Sequence record: OQ411014.1
Source: Escherichia phage EJP2
Direction: 5' to 3' (one strand)
Length of the DNA stretch: 64,000 bases
Below, in pieces: positions 19,455 through 28,906 of this stretch. The position numbers and the translations under genes were made by a program. The notes beneath the pieces were generated by a model, which ran no database searches, was not told the DNA's origin, and was given only the letters and a program-made list of their open reading frames with translations. Position 1 is the first letter of the stretch; every line of letters begins with the position of its first letter.

Positions 19455-20630
19455 ATGTCACAACTATTAACTGAATCTAAATGGGCACAAGTTAAGAGCA
19501 AACTAACCGAAGGTCTAAAAGACAACCGTAAACTAGTAATGGAATCTGTTCTAGAAAACCATCGTAAAGTAATGCTAAACGAAAACGCTTCTGGCGGTGC
19601 AACTTCTGCTGGTAACATTGCTACCCTAAACAAAGTAATTCTACCAATCATGCGTCGTGTAATGCCAACCGTTATCGCTAACGAAATCATCGGTGTTCAA
19701 CCAATGTCTGGCCCAGTTGGTCAAATCCATACCCTACGTGTTCAATATGCTGATAACGCACCAGGCGTTGTAGCTGGTGAAGAAATGCTATCCCCATACA
19801 AAATCGCTAAGTCCTATACTGGTGATGTGAATGGCGATAACGAAAATCCACGTGCTGCTCCTACTAGTCAACTAGAAGGTACTATGGGTCGTCGCGTTAA
19901 CATCCGTATCCTACGTGAAACCGTTGAAGCGAAATCTCGTCGTCTATCCGCTCGTTGGACTGTTGAATCTGCACAAGATGCACAATCTCAACACGGTATC
20001 GATATCGAAGCTGAACTAATGGCTGCTATCGCTCAAGAAGTTACTACTGAAATCGACCAAGAGCTACTACACAAACTACGTGCTCTACCTGGTGCTGCTG
20101 CTGTAACTTATGACCAATCCAAAGTTACTGGTGTTGCTACTTTCGTTGGTGATGAACATGCTGCTCTAGCTACTCTAATCAACCGTCAAGCGAACGAAGT
20201 TGCTCGTCGTACCAAACGTGGTGCTGCAAACTGGGCTGTTGTTTCCCCAACCGCACTAACCATTCTACAGTCTGCAACTACTTCTAGCTTTGCTCGTACC
20301 ACCGAAGGTACTTTCGAAGCACCAACTAACGTTAAGTTTGTTGGCGTACTAAACAGTACTATGCGTATCTATGTTGATACCTATGCAGATGACAGTACTG
20401 ATGTACTAATCGGTTACAAAGGTAATGCTGAAACTGATGCTGGCGTGTTCTACTGCCCGTACATCCCACTAATGGCTTCCGGTACTGTAATGGACCCTAA
20501 CACTGGGGAACTCGTAACAACATTCTTAACCAGATATGGCTACGTACAGTTGACCGACAGTACCAGTTCTCTTGGTAACGCGGCTGACTACTACAGCAAA
20601 ATTGCTATCCGCAACGTAACCTTCATGTAA
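19455..20630 (+). CDS. Major capsid protein, T4 gp23/gp24 family
   Basis: IANEIIGVQPMSGPVGQ and ETDAGVFYCPYIPL match recalled gp23 blocks (IAFDICGVQPMNSPTGQ; EMDAGIYYAPYVAL); strongly biased codon usage; TAAGGAGA RBS. Confidence 0.9.
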   Translation: MSQLLTESKWAQVKSKLTEGLKDNRKLVMESVLENHRKVMLNENASGGATSAGNIATLNKVILPIMRRVMPTVIANEIIGVQPMSGPVGQIHTLRVQYADNAPGVVAGEEMLSPYKIAKSYTGDVNGDNENPRAAPTSQLEGTMGRRVNIRILRETVEAKSRRLSARWTVESAQDAQSQHGIDIEAELMAAIAQEVTTEIDQELLHKLRALPGAAAVTYDQSKVTGVATFVGDEHAALATLINRQANEVARRTKRGAANWAVVSPTALTILQSATTSSFARTTEGTFEAPTNVKFVGVLNSTMRIYVDTYADDSTDVLIGYKGNAETDAGVFYCPYIPLMASGTVMDPNTGELVTTFLTRYGYVQLTDSTSSLGNAADYYSKIAIRNVTFM

Positions 20631-20650
20631 TATGTTTTAAAACCTTAAAA

Positions 20651-20678
20651 GGGACTCTTGACGAGTCCCTTTTCTTTT
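20651..20678 (+). terminator. Rho-independent terminator after capsid gene
   Basis: GGGACTC TTGA CGAGTCCC hairpin followed by TTTTCTTTT. Confidence 0.7.
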
Positions 20679-20728
20679 ATTATAATCACACGTATACAAA
20701 GAAACCCCAACTGAAGAGAATTAAAAAA

Positions 20729-21823
20729 ATGCCTAAATCATCAATGACTCAACAAGAATTCGAAACTAAAATGACCGAGAAGTATGGTAAAGTAGATTTC
20801 AGTACTATGACGTTTAAGTTGAGTAAAACTACAATCAATTGTCCTAAGTGTGGAAACGCAAATACCAAATCTGCAATCCGACACATTGAATGTACTTGTG
20901 CAAACTGTTTTTCCAATATGTCACAACGTTCTAGTAATGAAATTTTCATCGAAAAAGTAGAAAACAAATTCGGAGCAGGTAAGTTCAAATTCGACAAACT
21001 AAATTATCATAACGCCAAAACTCCGGTTGAATTGTTCTGCACTGAACATAATGCATATTTCACCATTGTCCCAAATAAAATGCTCACTGGACATGGTTGT
21101 AATGTATGTAATAAAAATGAAGCACATACTACTGAAAGTTTCATTACAATTGCGAAAAAGAATTATGGCACTACCACGTTTGACTTCACTAATACAGTGT
21201 ATGTTAACCGCCAAACTAAAGTATCAATCCATTGTAACGAAGGTAATCACGAATGGTTAGTTAACCCAGCAACTATAATCGCCGGAATAAACCAATGTGG
21301 TGTCTGTAAACGCAAATCTGGTATGACAACGGAACGTTTTATTAGTGATGCAAACTCTGTACATGATAATGCATACACATATGAGAACACTGTTTATAAA
21401 AGAAGTGAATGTGTCGTAGATATCACATGTCCAAAGCATGGAAACTTTACACAATCACCAAAGTCACACCTTCGTGGTCGTGGATGTCCAAAGTGTGGTA
21501 AGTATGGTTATCAACAAACACAGCCAGGTTACTTCTATATTCAGAAGTTGACGAATGAGAACAAAACTGTGTATAAGTACGGAATCACTGGTGACATGAA
21601 ACGTCGCGTCCAAGAACAATCCCGTGATTCTGTATTTGAACACGAAGTGCTTGTTGAAATGTACTTTGAAGACGGAAAGAAACCAATGGCATTAGAATCA
21701 CTGTTGAAGAACTATATTGAGAGTGGAGTCACCAGTACTGAAGAATTGCCATCAGGATTTTCGGAAACCTTTGATGAGAAGTACTTAGATGAAGTACTAT
21801 CCATAGTAAATAACTTTAGGTAA
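20729..21823 (+). CDS. Zinc-ribbon-repeat protein with C-terminal GIY-YIG-like (T5orf172-type) domain; candidate homing/mobile nuclease
   Basis: Four repeats of a C..HG.F...P...G.GC..C unit (e.g. CPKHGNFTQSPKSHLRGRGCPKCG); C-terminus GYFYIQKL...YKYGITGDMKRRVQEQ. Confidence 0.5.
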   Translation: MPKSSMTQQEFETKMTEKYGKVDFSTMTFKLSKTTINCPKCGNANTKSAIRHIECTCANCFSNMSQRSSNEIFIEKVENKFGAGKFKFDKLNYHNAKTPVELFCTEHNAYFTIVPNKMLTGHGCNVCNKNEAHTTESFITIAKKNYGTTTFDFTNTVYVNRQTKVSIHCNEGNHEWLVNPATIIAGINQCGVCKRKSGMTTERFISDANSVHDNAYTYENTVYKRSECVVDITCPKHGNFTQSPKSHLRGRGCPKCGKYGYQQTQPGYFYIQKLTNENKTVYKYGITGDMKRRVQEQSRDSVFEHEVLVEMYFEDGKKPMALESLLKNYIESGVTSTEELPSGFSETFDEKYLDEVLSIVNNFR

Positions 21824-21843
21824 TAACAGAAGGACAAGAATTC

Positions 21844-22236
21844 ATGGATGAAAACACAATAGTAACGGTATATCGATTCGGAAAGGAAGTTTACCTAAAG
21901 AACAGTACTGGAAACTTTGAATCTCTCATTGAAGGATACCCATTAGTAGCATATAATGCAGATACAGAAGAGCTATACCAGTATCAGGATGCACATAGAT
22001 ACAGTAAAGGTAGTTTTGTGCAGGATATGCTACAGATTGACGGCACTGAGATGAGTTATAAGATGTACTTAGACGTCTACAAGGCTGAAATGAACAAGAA
22101 ACACATCTCTGCACCAGTACTGGCAGAGATTTACGAAAATCAACACCAAAATCCGCACTTAACTGATGATTTGAAGCCAGTTAATGCGTTTGACAAGCTA
22201 AGTAAGCTCGGATTGAACTTCAAAATCAGTAGATAA
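21844..22236 (+). CDS. Hypothetical protein (130 aa)
   Basis: ORF between the two T5orf172-like genes. Confidence 0.45.
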   Translation: MDENTIVTVYRFGKEVYLKNSTGNFESLIEGYPLVAYNADTEELYQYQDAHRYSKGSFVQDMLQIDGTEMSYKMYLDVYKAEMNKKHISAPVLAEIYENQHQNPHLTDDLKPVNAFDKLSKLGLNFKISR

Positions 22237-22276
22237 ATAATCCCAGAGTACAATTCAGTACTATGGGAGAGATTAA

Positions 22277-22582
22277 ATGCAAATATGTTACGTAATCACC
22301 AATAAAGCATGGCCTGAGTGGGTAAAAATTGGATTCACATCTAAATCAGAGATGAAATCCAGACTAAGTACATACCAGACGGGTTCACCATTTAGAGATT
22401 ATGAAGTATATCATGAAGTACTATTTGATGATGCGAAATCCGCTGAAAAAGAAGTACATAAGCGTTTAAAACAAATGAATGCAACTAGATCACCAGGGAC
22501 TGAGTGGTTTAAAATGAGTAAAAAAATAGCAGCCAATATGATTGATTCAGTTCTAGATGATATAGAGAACGACTTGCTATAA
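22277..22582 (+). CDS. Stand-alone T5orf172/GIY-YIG-like domain protein
   Basis: ICYVITNKAWPEWVKIGFTSK...RLSTYQTGSP matches the T5orf172 core pattern; ATAAATAAT box upstream at 22232. Confidence 0.45.
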   Translation: MQICYVITNKAWPEWVKIGFTSKSEMKSRLSTYQTGSPFRDYEVYHEVLFDDAKSAEKEVHKRLKQMNATRSPGTEWFKMSKKIAANMIDSVLDDIENDLL

Positions 22583-22587
22583 ATATC
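22578..22587 (+). promoter_or_regulatory. Late-type promoter box CTATAAATAT upstream of tail fibre gene
   Basis: TATAAATA-type box about 35 nt before the 22623 start. Confidence 0.4.
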
Positions 22588-22622
22588 AATATATTGACAT
22601 ACGATAAAAAGGATTTTATAAT

Positions 22623-24332
22623 ATGAGTATTAGTTTTAACCATCCTTCCAACATTGTAACGAGTACGAGTACTCTTGAGATTACAGCATTGGGTGGAACA
22701 GCTAGTAATCCTAAACCAATACGTTTGAATGCATCATCGTTGATTGTTCCGGTTAAACCTCTTCCAGCAGGTGAAATGGGTGCATTAGTATTCGACAATT
22801 CAACCCATACTATGAAGTATCATGACGGTACTAGTTGGGTAGAACTATTGGCTAAAGATGTAATACTACAACCAATCATTAATGATATTGCAACCATTAA
22901 TACTAAATTAGGAACTAAAGTAGATAGTGTTACTTACTCATCTAGTGCCATCCCAAGTGCATCTGTGAGTGGTACAACATTAAACATTATCTTCCCAACT
23001 GGTAGTACTGGCGGTACTGGCCCAACAGGGTTGTATACTTCCCTTAAACCTGGTACAATAACCCACTATGCATTAACATCAGGTCAAAACGCAGCATCTA
23101 TTCGTGAACAGATGTCTGGTGTTTCCGGTGGTCAATCAGGCCGCAACGGAACTTCAGGATCTCCATACAAAACTTCCGATGGTTGGTGTTTCGCTGATGG
23201 ATTATACTGGACATGGGCTGGTGAAAATGGTACAGTAACAAAACAGGTTCCGAACTTAAACCAAGATGCTTATTTGAAACCAATGACTGTTTCTGGTGTA
23301 ACACAAATCGCATCTGTTATTGCTGGTTCAGCACAAATTGGTCAAACTGCATTATCTATTGCTCAATTGCCACCACACAGCTTCACTGTGAGTGGACAAA
23401 CAAGCACAGCGGGTGAGCACATCCACTCCCAACAACTTAGAGGTAATGACCGTTCAGGACACACTGCAATCACTTCTTCTGCTGATGCAGGTATCCCAAC
23501 AGTAATTACTAACGTTAACGCTGCTGGTAATCACATCCATACATTCTCTGGTTCATCCAATACTATTGGTTCTGGTCAGGGTCATGGACATACAATTTCA
23601 AATATTGATGTTAACCACTTTACTGTTGCTGTTTTATATAACATCGCAGAAGGTTCAGTTGCATTGAGTGAGAAAGTTGCAAGTACTAAGTACGTACTGA
23701 AAGCTGGAGACGTAATGACTGGTTCACTTACTATTGCCAACGCATCAATTCTTCGTGGTGATGACGCTTCTCTAGTCCAGTACTTCAGATATGCAAACAA
23801 CACAGAACGTGCAGCAATTTATCATTCATCTTCTAACAACACATTACGTTTACGTAGTAGTGGTGGCACAGAAGTAACGATTGCCAATAACGGTACTTTG
23901 TTCGCTAGTGCATTAACAGGTTCGTCTGGTAACATCAGCGGTACTTTAACAGCTAGTACTATTAGTGCAACTAACGGTACTTTCAGCGGTACTTTAACTG
24001 TTAACTATACCAATACATCTTCATTGAACGTAACAAGTCAATCTGCTGTAGTTGGTGGTAAGAACATTGTTCGCTCCATTAACGGTACTGGTGCTGATGG
24101 AAACGGTAACGTAACACTAACTCTAGGTGCTATCCAAAATATTAAACTTGGGCCACGCCGCCAAACTCCAAAAATGAAAGATGCTTCTTGGACGCATGTC
24201 GAAGCAGGTGGTTTATTGGATGGTGCTTGGATTTCTGTCAACGGTAGTTCAGGAACACACTTAGAAAGATTGAGTTATAGAATGGTTTCTGTTATGGTTA
24301 ACGGCGTATGGAAAACAATTGACGTTGAATAA
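22623..24332 (+). CDS. Tail fibre / receptor-binding protein with HxH metal-binding-type repeats
   Basis: N-terminal GALVFDNSTHTMKYHDGTSWVEL fibre motif; repeated GEHIHS, GNHIHT and GHGHT units; Gly/Ser/Thr-rich C-terminal half. Confidence 0.65.
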   Translation: MSISFNHPSNIVTSTSTLEITALGGTASNPKPIRLNASSLIVPVKPLPAGEMGALVFDNSTHTMKYHDGTSWVELLAKDVILQPIINDIATINTKLGTKVDSVTYSSSAIPSASVSGTTLNIIFPTGSTGGTGPTGLYTSLKPGTITHYALTSGQNAASIREQMSGVSGGQSGRNGTSGSPYKTSDGWCFADGLYWTWAGENGTVTKQVPNLNQDAYLKPMTVSGVTQIASVIAGSAQIGQTALSIAQLPPHSFTVSGQTSTAGEHIHSQQLRGNDRSGHTAITSSADAGIPTVITNVNAAGNHIHTFSGSSNTIGSGQGHGHTISNIDVNHFTVAVLYNIAEGSVALSEKVASTKYVLKAGDVMTGSLTIANASILRGDDASLVQYFRYANNTERAAIYHSSSNNTLRLRSSGGTEVTIANNGTLFASALTGSSGNISGTLTASTISATNGTFSGTLTVNYTNTSSLNVTSQSAVVGGKNIVRSINGTGADGNGNVTLTLGAIQNIKLGPRRQTPKMKDASWTHVEAGGLLDGAWISVNGSSGTHLERLSYRMVSVMVNGVWKTIDVE

Positions 24333-24347
24333 TAATAGGAATATAGT

Positions 24348-24860
24348 ATGCTTAATCTGAAAAATTTCAAAAAGTACAAACCGGAAGGTATCATTGACGG
24401 TTTTATGTATCTTATATCAGAAGATGGGTTAGATTGGTATGAGGCACGTGAAATGTTCCAAGAAGATACAGTGAAGATTTTGTATGAGAATGACGGCACT
24501 ATTGTATGTGCCGACTACACGGCACTATTCATGCCCCCATTAGATTGTAGTATTGCTGAAATATACTATGACGGAAACTTGAATGATTTGTATGGGATGG
24601 TTTTCGATGGTGAAAAAGTAGTACCATACGATGAACCAAACTCTGAACGGATTGAGCGTTTAAAATCTGAGCAAAAGAATCTTAAAGTATCTGCAATCAA
24701 CGAACTGAATAACTTAAAAATGGCAATCGACCTTGATGTAGCAACCGAAGATGAAAAGAAACTCTTCCCAGTACTGAAGAGTTACATCATGAAACTATCC
24801 ACTTTCACTGATGATGATTTCACTGATAAACTGTTTGAATTTCCAGTTAAACCAGTTTAA
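24348..24860 (+). CDS. Tail fibre assembly chaperone (Tfa-like)
   Basis: C-terminal block AIDLDVATEDEKKLFPVLKSYIMKL matches the tail-fibre-assembly pattern; immediately downstream of the fibre gene. Confidence 0.6.
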   Translation: MLNLKNFKKYKPEGIIDGFMYLISEDGLDWYEAREMFQEDTVKILYENDGTIVCADYTALFMPPLDCSIAEIYYDGNLNDLYGMVFDGEKVVPYDEPNSERIERLKSEQKNLKVSAINELNNLKMAIDLDVATEDEKKLFPVLKSYIMKLSTFTDDDFTDKLFEFPVKPV

Positions 24861-24956
24861 CAAAAAAATATGAGACAAATCGAAAACGTCTGATATAATA
24901 GAGTCATCTGACATGGTGTTAGATGACTTTTCTAAAATCCAAATGGAGAAAACATA

Positions 24957-25256
24957 ATGGCTAAGAAACTCGAAAACAAAGTTGAACTACACGATCTAAA
25001 CGATGAACAACGTAAACGTCTAGGTGACGGCTTGACAAATGCTGTAGTTCAGCTAACATACCATAAGAGTGTAAAAGAGTCTTACAAAGAGTTTATCAAC
25101 AGCCTAGCTGATGAACTTGGTATTGATGCTGGAACTATTCGTGCAGCAGCAGCCCGTATGGAAAAAGGTGATTTCTTCGAGAAGGTTCGTAAGCAAGATG
25201 AAATCGAAACTATGCTACAAATCACTGGTAATCTACCAGCAGAAGATGACGAGTAA
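24957..25256 (+). CDS. Small hypothetical protein (99 aa)
   Basis: ORF with RBS; downstream of a TCTGATATAAT variant box at 24889. Confidence 0.45.
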   Translation: MAKKLENKVELHDLNDEQRKRLGDGLTNAVVQLTYHKSVKESYKEFINSLADELGIDAGTIRAAAARMEKGDFFEKVRKQDEIETMLQITGNLPAEDDE

Positions 25257-25270
25257 TAACAAGTAACTAT

Positions 25271-25300
25271 AAGCCTCCAAATGATTGGGGGCTTTTATTT
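25271..25300 (+). terminator. Terminator-like hairpin
   Basis: AAGCCTCC...GGGGGCTT stem followed by TTATTTTG. Confidence 0.45.
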
Positions 25301-25338
25301 TGCATTAAGTTTATCGTTTATTTTATAAGGAGATAAGT

Positions 25339-28300
25339 ATGTACGTAGATGGATATATGGAACGTAAGCGTGGTTCAGAAGTTCTTCACGTAGCTGAACG
25401 TGTCAATGGTAAACGTGTACTACGAGAACTAGATCCAGTGTACGAGTACTATGTTGAGTCACCGTACGGTACACAAAAGACAATTCACGGAACTATGGCT
25501 GAGAAGTTTGAGTTCAGTACATATCGTGATATGAAAGCATCCCTAGAGCGTCACGCCGGATGCAAAATCTTTGAATCTGACTGTAACGTCACCTTCAAAA
25601 CACTAGCTAAACGTTATATGGGTAAAGCATCACCAGACCTGAACGTATTGTTCTTCGATATCGAGACAGACTTTCATGAAAAGTTTGGTTATGCACCAAC
25701 ACATGATCCATTCAACCGTGTAACTGCAATTTCTCTGTATCAAAGTTGGACTGGTTGTGATTATGTTCTAACACTACCACCTGCAAGTATGAGTCTTATC
25801 CAGGCACAAGAAATTGTGAATGAACTCAACGCAGAGACTAATGATGAAAACAGTAAAGTAATTCTTTACACTGACGAAAAAGAGATGTTCATCGAATTCT
25901 TCTCTCTAATGCAGGACGCAGATGTATTGTCCGGCTGGAACAGTGAGTTCTATGATATTCCTTACATGATCAACCGTACTAAGAAGCTATTCAATGAAGC
26001 AATGTTGGCTCATTGGTGTCTTTGGAACAAAAAACCTGTTTCCCGTGAAGCTGATAACTTTGGTAAAGTTGTTGTTACATATGACCTAGTAGGTCGTGTA
26101 CACCTTGACTACTTAGCACTTTACAAGAAACACGCCGGACAAGTTGAACAGTCCTATCGTCTAGATGATATTGCTGAGAAAGTAACTGGCGAAAACAAAG
26201 TTGCATACGATGGTTCTTTGAACAAACTATACAACGAAGATTACAAAATGTTCTTACGATATTCTAAGCAGGATAGTATCCTACTGAAGAAAATTGATGA
26301 GAAGATGGACTTCATCAGTCTACATAACCGACTAGCTCATAAAGAATGTGTACTAATCAGTACTACAATGGGTTCGGTAGCACTAATCGACACATCTATC
26401 ATCAACAAAGCACACAAACGTGGTGAAGTAGTTTTTGATAAGAAGAATCAGGACGAAGTTGAAGTTGATGATCGTTATGATTTTATGGGTGACGATAATG
26501 ATGATGGTGAAGAAGAGAAAGTAGCAGCAAAAGCAGCGGGTGCATGGGTACAAGATCCAGTACTGGGTTTAGTTGACTTCTTAGGATGTACTGACTTTAA
26601 CAGTCTATATCCAACAGTTCTTCGTTCACTAGGTATGAGTACTGAATGTATTATCGGGCAATTGCGTCATGATTATACTGAAGCACACCTTGAGAAACGT
26701 GTTGCAGACCAACGTGCTAAATCTAAATCCAAAGCATTTGAACCGGATTGGACAGCAGCATGGCATGGTTTGTTTGCTAGTATTGAGTTCACAATGGTTC
26801 GTGAGAAATCACAAAGCCTAATCAATGTTGATTTGGAAGATGGTAGTACTTTCCAAGCAACTGGTGAACAACTATATGAACTAATCTTTGCTGAAGATAG
26901 TACTATTGTTCTTTCCGCTAACGGAACACTATTTGATAAAACCAAAAATGGTGTAATCCCAGAGATCCTTACTGAATGGTACTCTGAGCGTAAATGTCAG
27001 CAGAAGATGGTCATCGATTATAAACACATGTACAGTGACGGTTGGGAATTGCCTTCATCTTCTCTTGACAAGATTGAAGCTGCTATGCAAAACTACACAG
27101 CAGGTACAGAATTTTACCGTACTAACTTACATGATGATGACCCAGTATATCTCCTACGTATTGCACTAACTAATGCAAACTATGAAGATGTAGCTAAACT
27201 TGTGGTTGAGAACGGTCTAGTACTGAAAGATGGTCGTCTATTCTGTAAGAAAGAAGATAAAGACTACTTCAAGAAACAAAGTGCGTTCTGGAAACAGAAC
27301 CAGCAGATTCGTAAGATTCTTCTGAACTCCCTCTATGGTGCACTACTAAACAAAGGTTCTCGTTTCTTTGATAAGCGTCTAGGTCAGTCTGTAACCCTAA
27401 CAGGTCGTAGTATGACTAAACACATGGCATCTCGTATCAATGAGATTGTTACTGGTGAATACAACCACGAAGGTGGATGTGTAATCTATGGTGATACCGA
27501 CTCCGTATATTTCAGTGTTGCTCACTATATGAAAGAACAAGGTTTTGAATTCAACCTAAACCGTACTGAAGTAGTTGATTTGTATGTCAAGATTGGTGAT
27601 GAAATGGGTGAAAACTTCTATGAATTCATGAATGATAGCTTCAACACTGGTATTGAGAAAGGTAAATTGGTTGGTGCAGATCTTGAGATGGTTGGTTCAC
27701 GCGGACTATTCCTGAAGAAGAAGCGTTATGCTATTCTGAAGTACTGGGAAGATGGTTTCCGTAAAGATGAAAATGGTGAAGTTGGTGAAATCAAAGCGAT
27801 GGGATTGGAAATCAAACGTTCCGATACACCTAAGTACATCCAGAACTTCCTACAAAGTACTTTGATTGCACTACTTGTTGGTGAATCCGAAGATGAACTT
27901 CGTGCTCGTGTTCGTGAATTCAAATGTACATTCAAGGATAAACCATCACATGAGAAAGGTGCTCCACGTACAGTGAAGAAGTACACTCATCACGAGGAAG
28001 AGTATCAGAAAACTGGTAAATGTTCCGTATCACACGTTCTAGCTGCAATTCAGTGGAACAAACTATGTGGAATTTACGAAGATAAAACTGTACCAGAAGC
28101 AACTGACGGTACTAAAGTAATCGTCTGTGATCTAAAGCCAAACCCTACAGGTATTCTGAAAATTGGTTATCCAATTGACTGTGTTGAATATCTACCTGAA
28201 TGGTTCCTTGACTTACCATTTGATGATGATAAAATGGAACAATCAATTCTAACCAAGAAACTAAACAACATCTTTGGTATTCTTGATATGGATATTGGTA

Positions 28301-28350
28301 TCAATGAGAAGAGTACACTAGCACTTGACAGTGGTTTCTTCGAGTGGTAA
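25339..28350 (+). CDS. DNA polymerase, family B (T4 gp43-like)
   Basis: Exo I FFDIETD; KILLNSLYGALLNK (motif A region); CVIYGDTDSVYF (motif C); 1003 aa. Confidence 0.9.
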   Translation: MYVDGYMERKRGSEVLHVAERVNGKRVLRELDPVYEYYVESPYGTQKTIHGTMAEKFEFSTYRDMKASLERHAGCKIFESDCNVTFKTLAKRYMGKASPDLNVLFFDIETDFHEKFGYAPTHDPFNRVTAISLYQSWTGCDYVLTLPPASMSLIQAQEIVNELNAETNDENSKVILYTDEKEMFIEFFSLMQDADVLSGWNSEFYDIPYMINRTKKLFNEAMLAHWCLWNKKPVSREADNFGKVVVTYDLVGRVHLDYLALYKKHAGQVEQSYRLDDIAEKVTGENKVAYDGSLNKLYNEDYKMFLRYSKQDSILLKKIDEKMDFISLHNRLAHKECVLISTTMGSVALIDTSIINKAHKRGEVVFDKKNQDEVEVDDRYDFMGDDNDDGEEEKVAAKAAGAWVQDPVLGLVDFLGCTDFNSLYPTVLRSLGMSTECIIGQLRHDYTEAHLEKRVADQRAKSKSKAFEPDWTAAWHGLFASIEFTMVREKSQSLINVDLEDGSTFQATGEQLYELIFAEDSTIVLSANGTLFDKTKNGVIPEILTEWYSERKCQQKMVIDYKHMYSDGWELPSSSLDKIEAAMQNYTAGTEFYRTNLHDDDPVYLLRIALTNANYEDVAKLVVENGLVLKDGRLFCKKEDKDYFKKQSAFWKQNQQIRKILLNSLYGALLNKGSRFFDKRLGQSVTLTGRSMTKHMASRINEIVTGEYNHEGGCVIYGDTDSVYFSVAHYMKEQGFEFNLNRTEVVDLYVKIGDEMGENFYEFMNDSFNTGIEKGKLVGADLEMVGSRGLFLKKKRYAILKYWEDGFRKDENGEVGEIKAMGLEIKRSDTPKYIQNFLQSTLIALLVGESEDELRARVREFKCTFKDKPSHEKGAPRTVKKYTHHEEEYQKTGKCSVSHVLAAIQWNKLCGIYEDKTVPEATDGTKVIVCDLKPNPTGILKIGYPIDCVEYLPEWFLDLPFDDDKMEQSILTKKLNNIFGILDMDIGINEKSTLALDSGFFEW

Positions 28351-28395
28351 TATAAATGAATGAACCCCAGAAATGGGGTTCGATAAGGATAAAAT

Positions 28396-28812
28396 ATGAA
28401 AAATATTTATGAACGTATTGGTGAAGCAATTCTACAAGGTACTAACAGCCTGTTCTTGGTATGTGACAGTACTGAAGTAGCGTTAGTCAAACGCAAATAC
28501 AATTCCATTGGTACAACCAATCTAAACGGTATTGTATACACCGTATTTGACTTACAGGACGAAGTATCTAATACAGACTCTGACGATTTATCAGAAATGT
28601 ACCGTATTCTTCCTGTATCGCCTTCTACGCAGCCAAACATTACACCTAGTCACAATCATTGGTATAGTCCAAATAACCCGTGGAACGACCCGTGGAATGA
28701 TTGGAATCGAATGAACCCTCTCACTACACCAGTAACACATCCATTCTGGGACAAATTTGGTACATGGTCTAGTACTACTGACTATGATGTGACTTACAAA
28801 GTAAAGAAATAA
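28396..28812 (+). CDS. Hypothetical protein with Trp/Pro/Asn-rich C-terminus
   Basis: 138 aa; C-terminal HWYSPNNPWNDPWNDWNRMNP repeat-like tract. Confidence 0.4.
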   Translation: MKNIYERIGEAILQGTNSLFLVCDSTEVALVKRKYNSIGTTNLNGIVYTVFDLQDEVSNTDSDDLSEMYRILPVSPSTQPNITPSHNHWYSPNNPWNDPWNDWNRMNPLTTPVTHPFWDKFGTWSSTTDYDVTYKVKK

Positions 28813-28843
28813 AAGTTCAAAAAAATGAGACGTATCTATTTTC

Positions 28844-28854
28844 TGTGATATAAT
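28844..28854 (+). promoter_or_regulatory. Early-type promoter TGTGATATAAT
   Basis: Exact box about 50 nt before the 28907 start. Confidence 0.55.
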
Positions 28855-28906
28855 AGATACGTAAATTGATGATGTTACCATAAACAAATATTTTGGAGAT
28901 ATAATA

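Noticed and set aside
25339-28350. Intein or group I intron in the DNA polymerase
   Set aside because: The polymerase is long (1003 aa) but the exonuclease and polymerase motifs appear in normal order with no Hint or LAGLIDADG blocks and no frame break.
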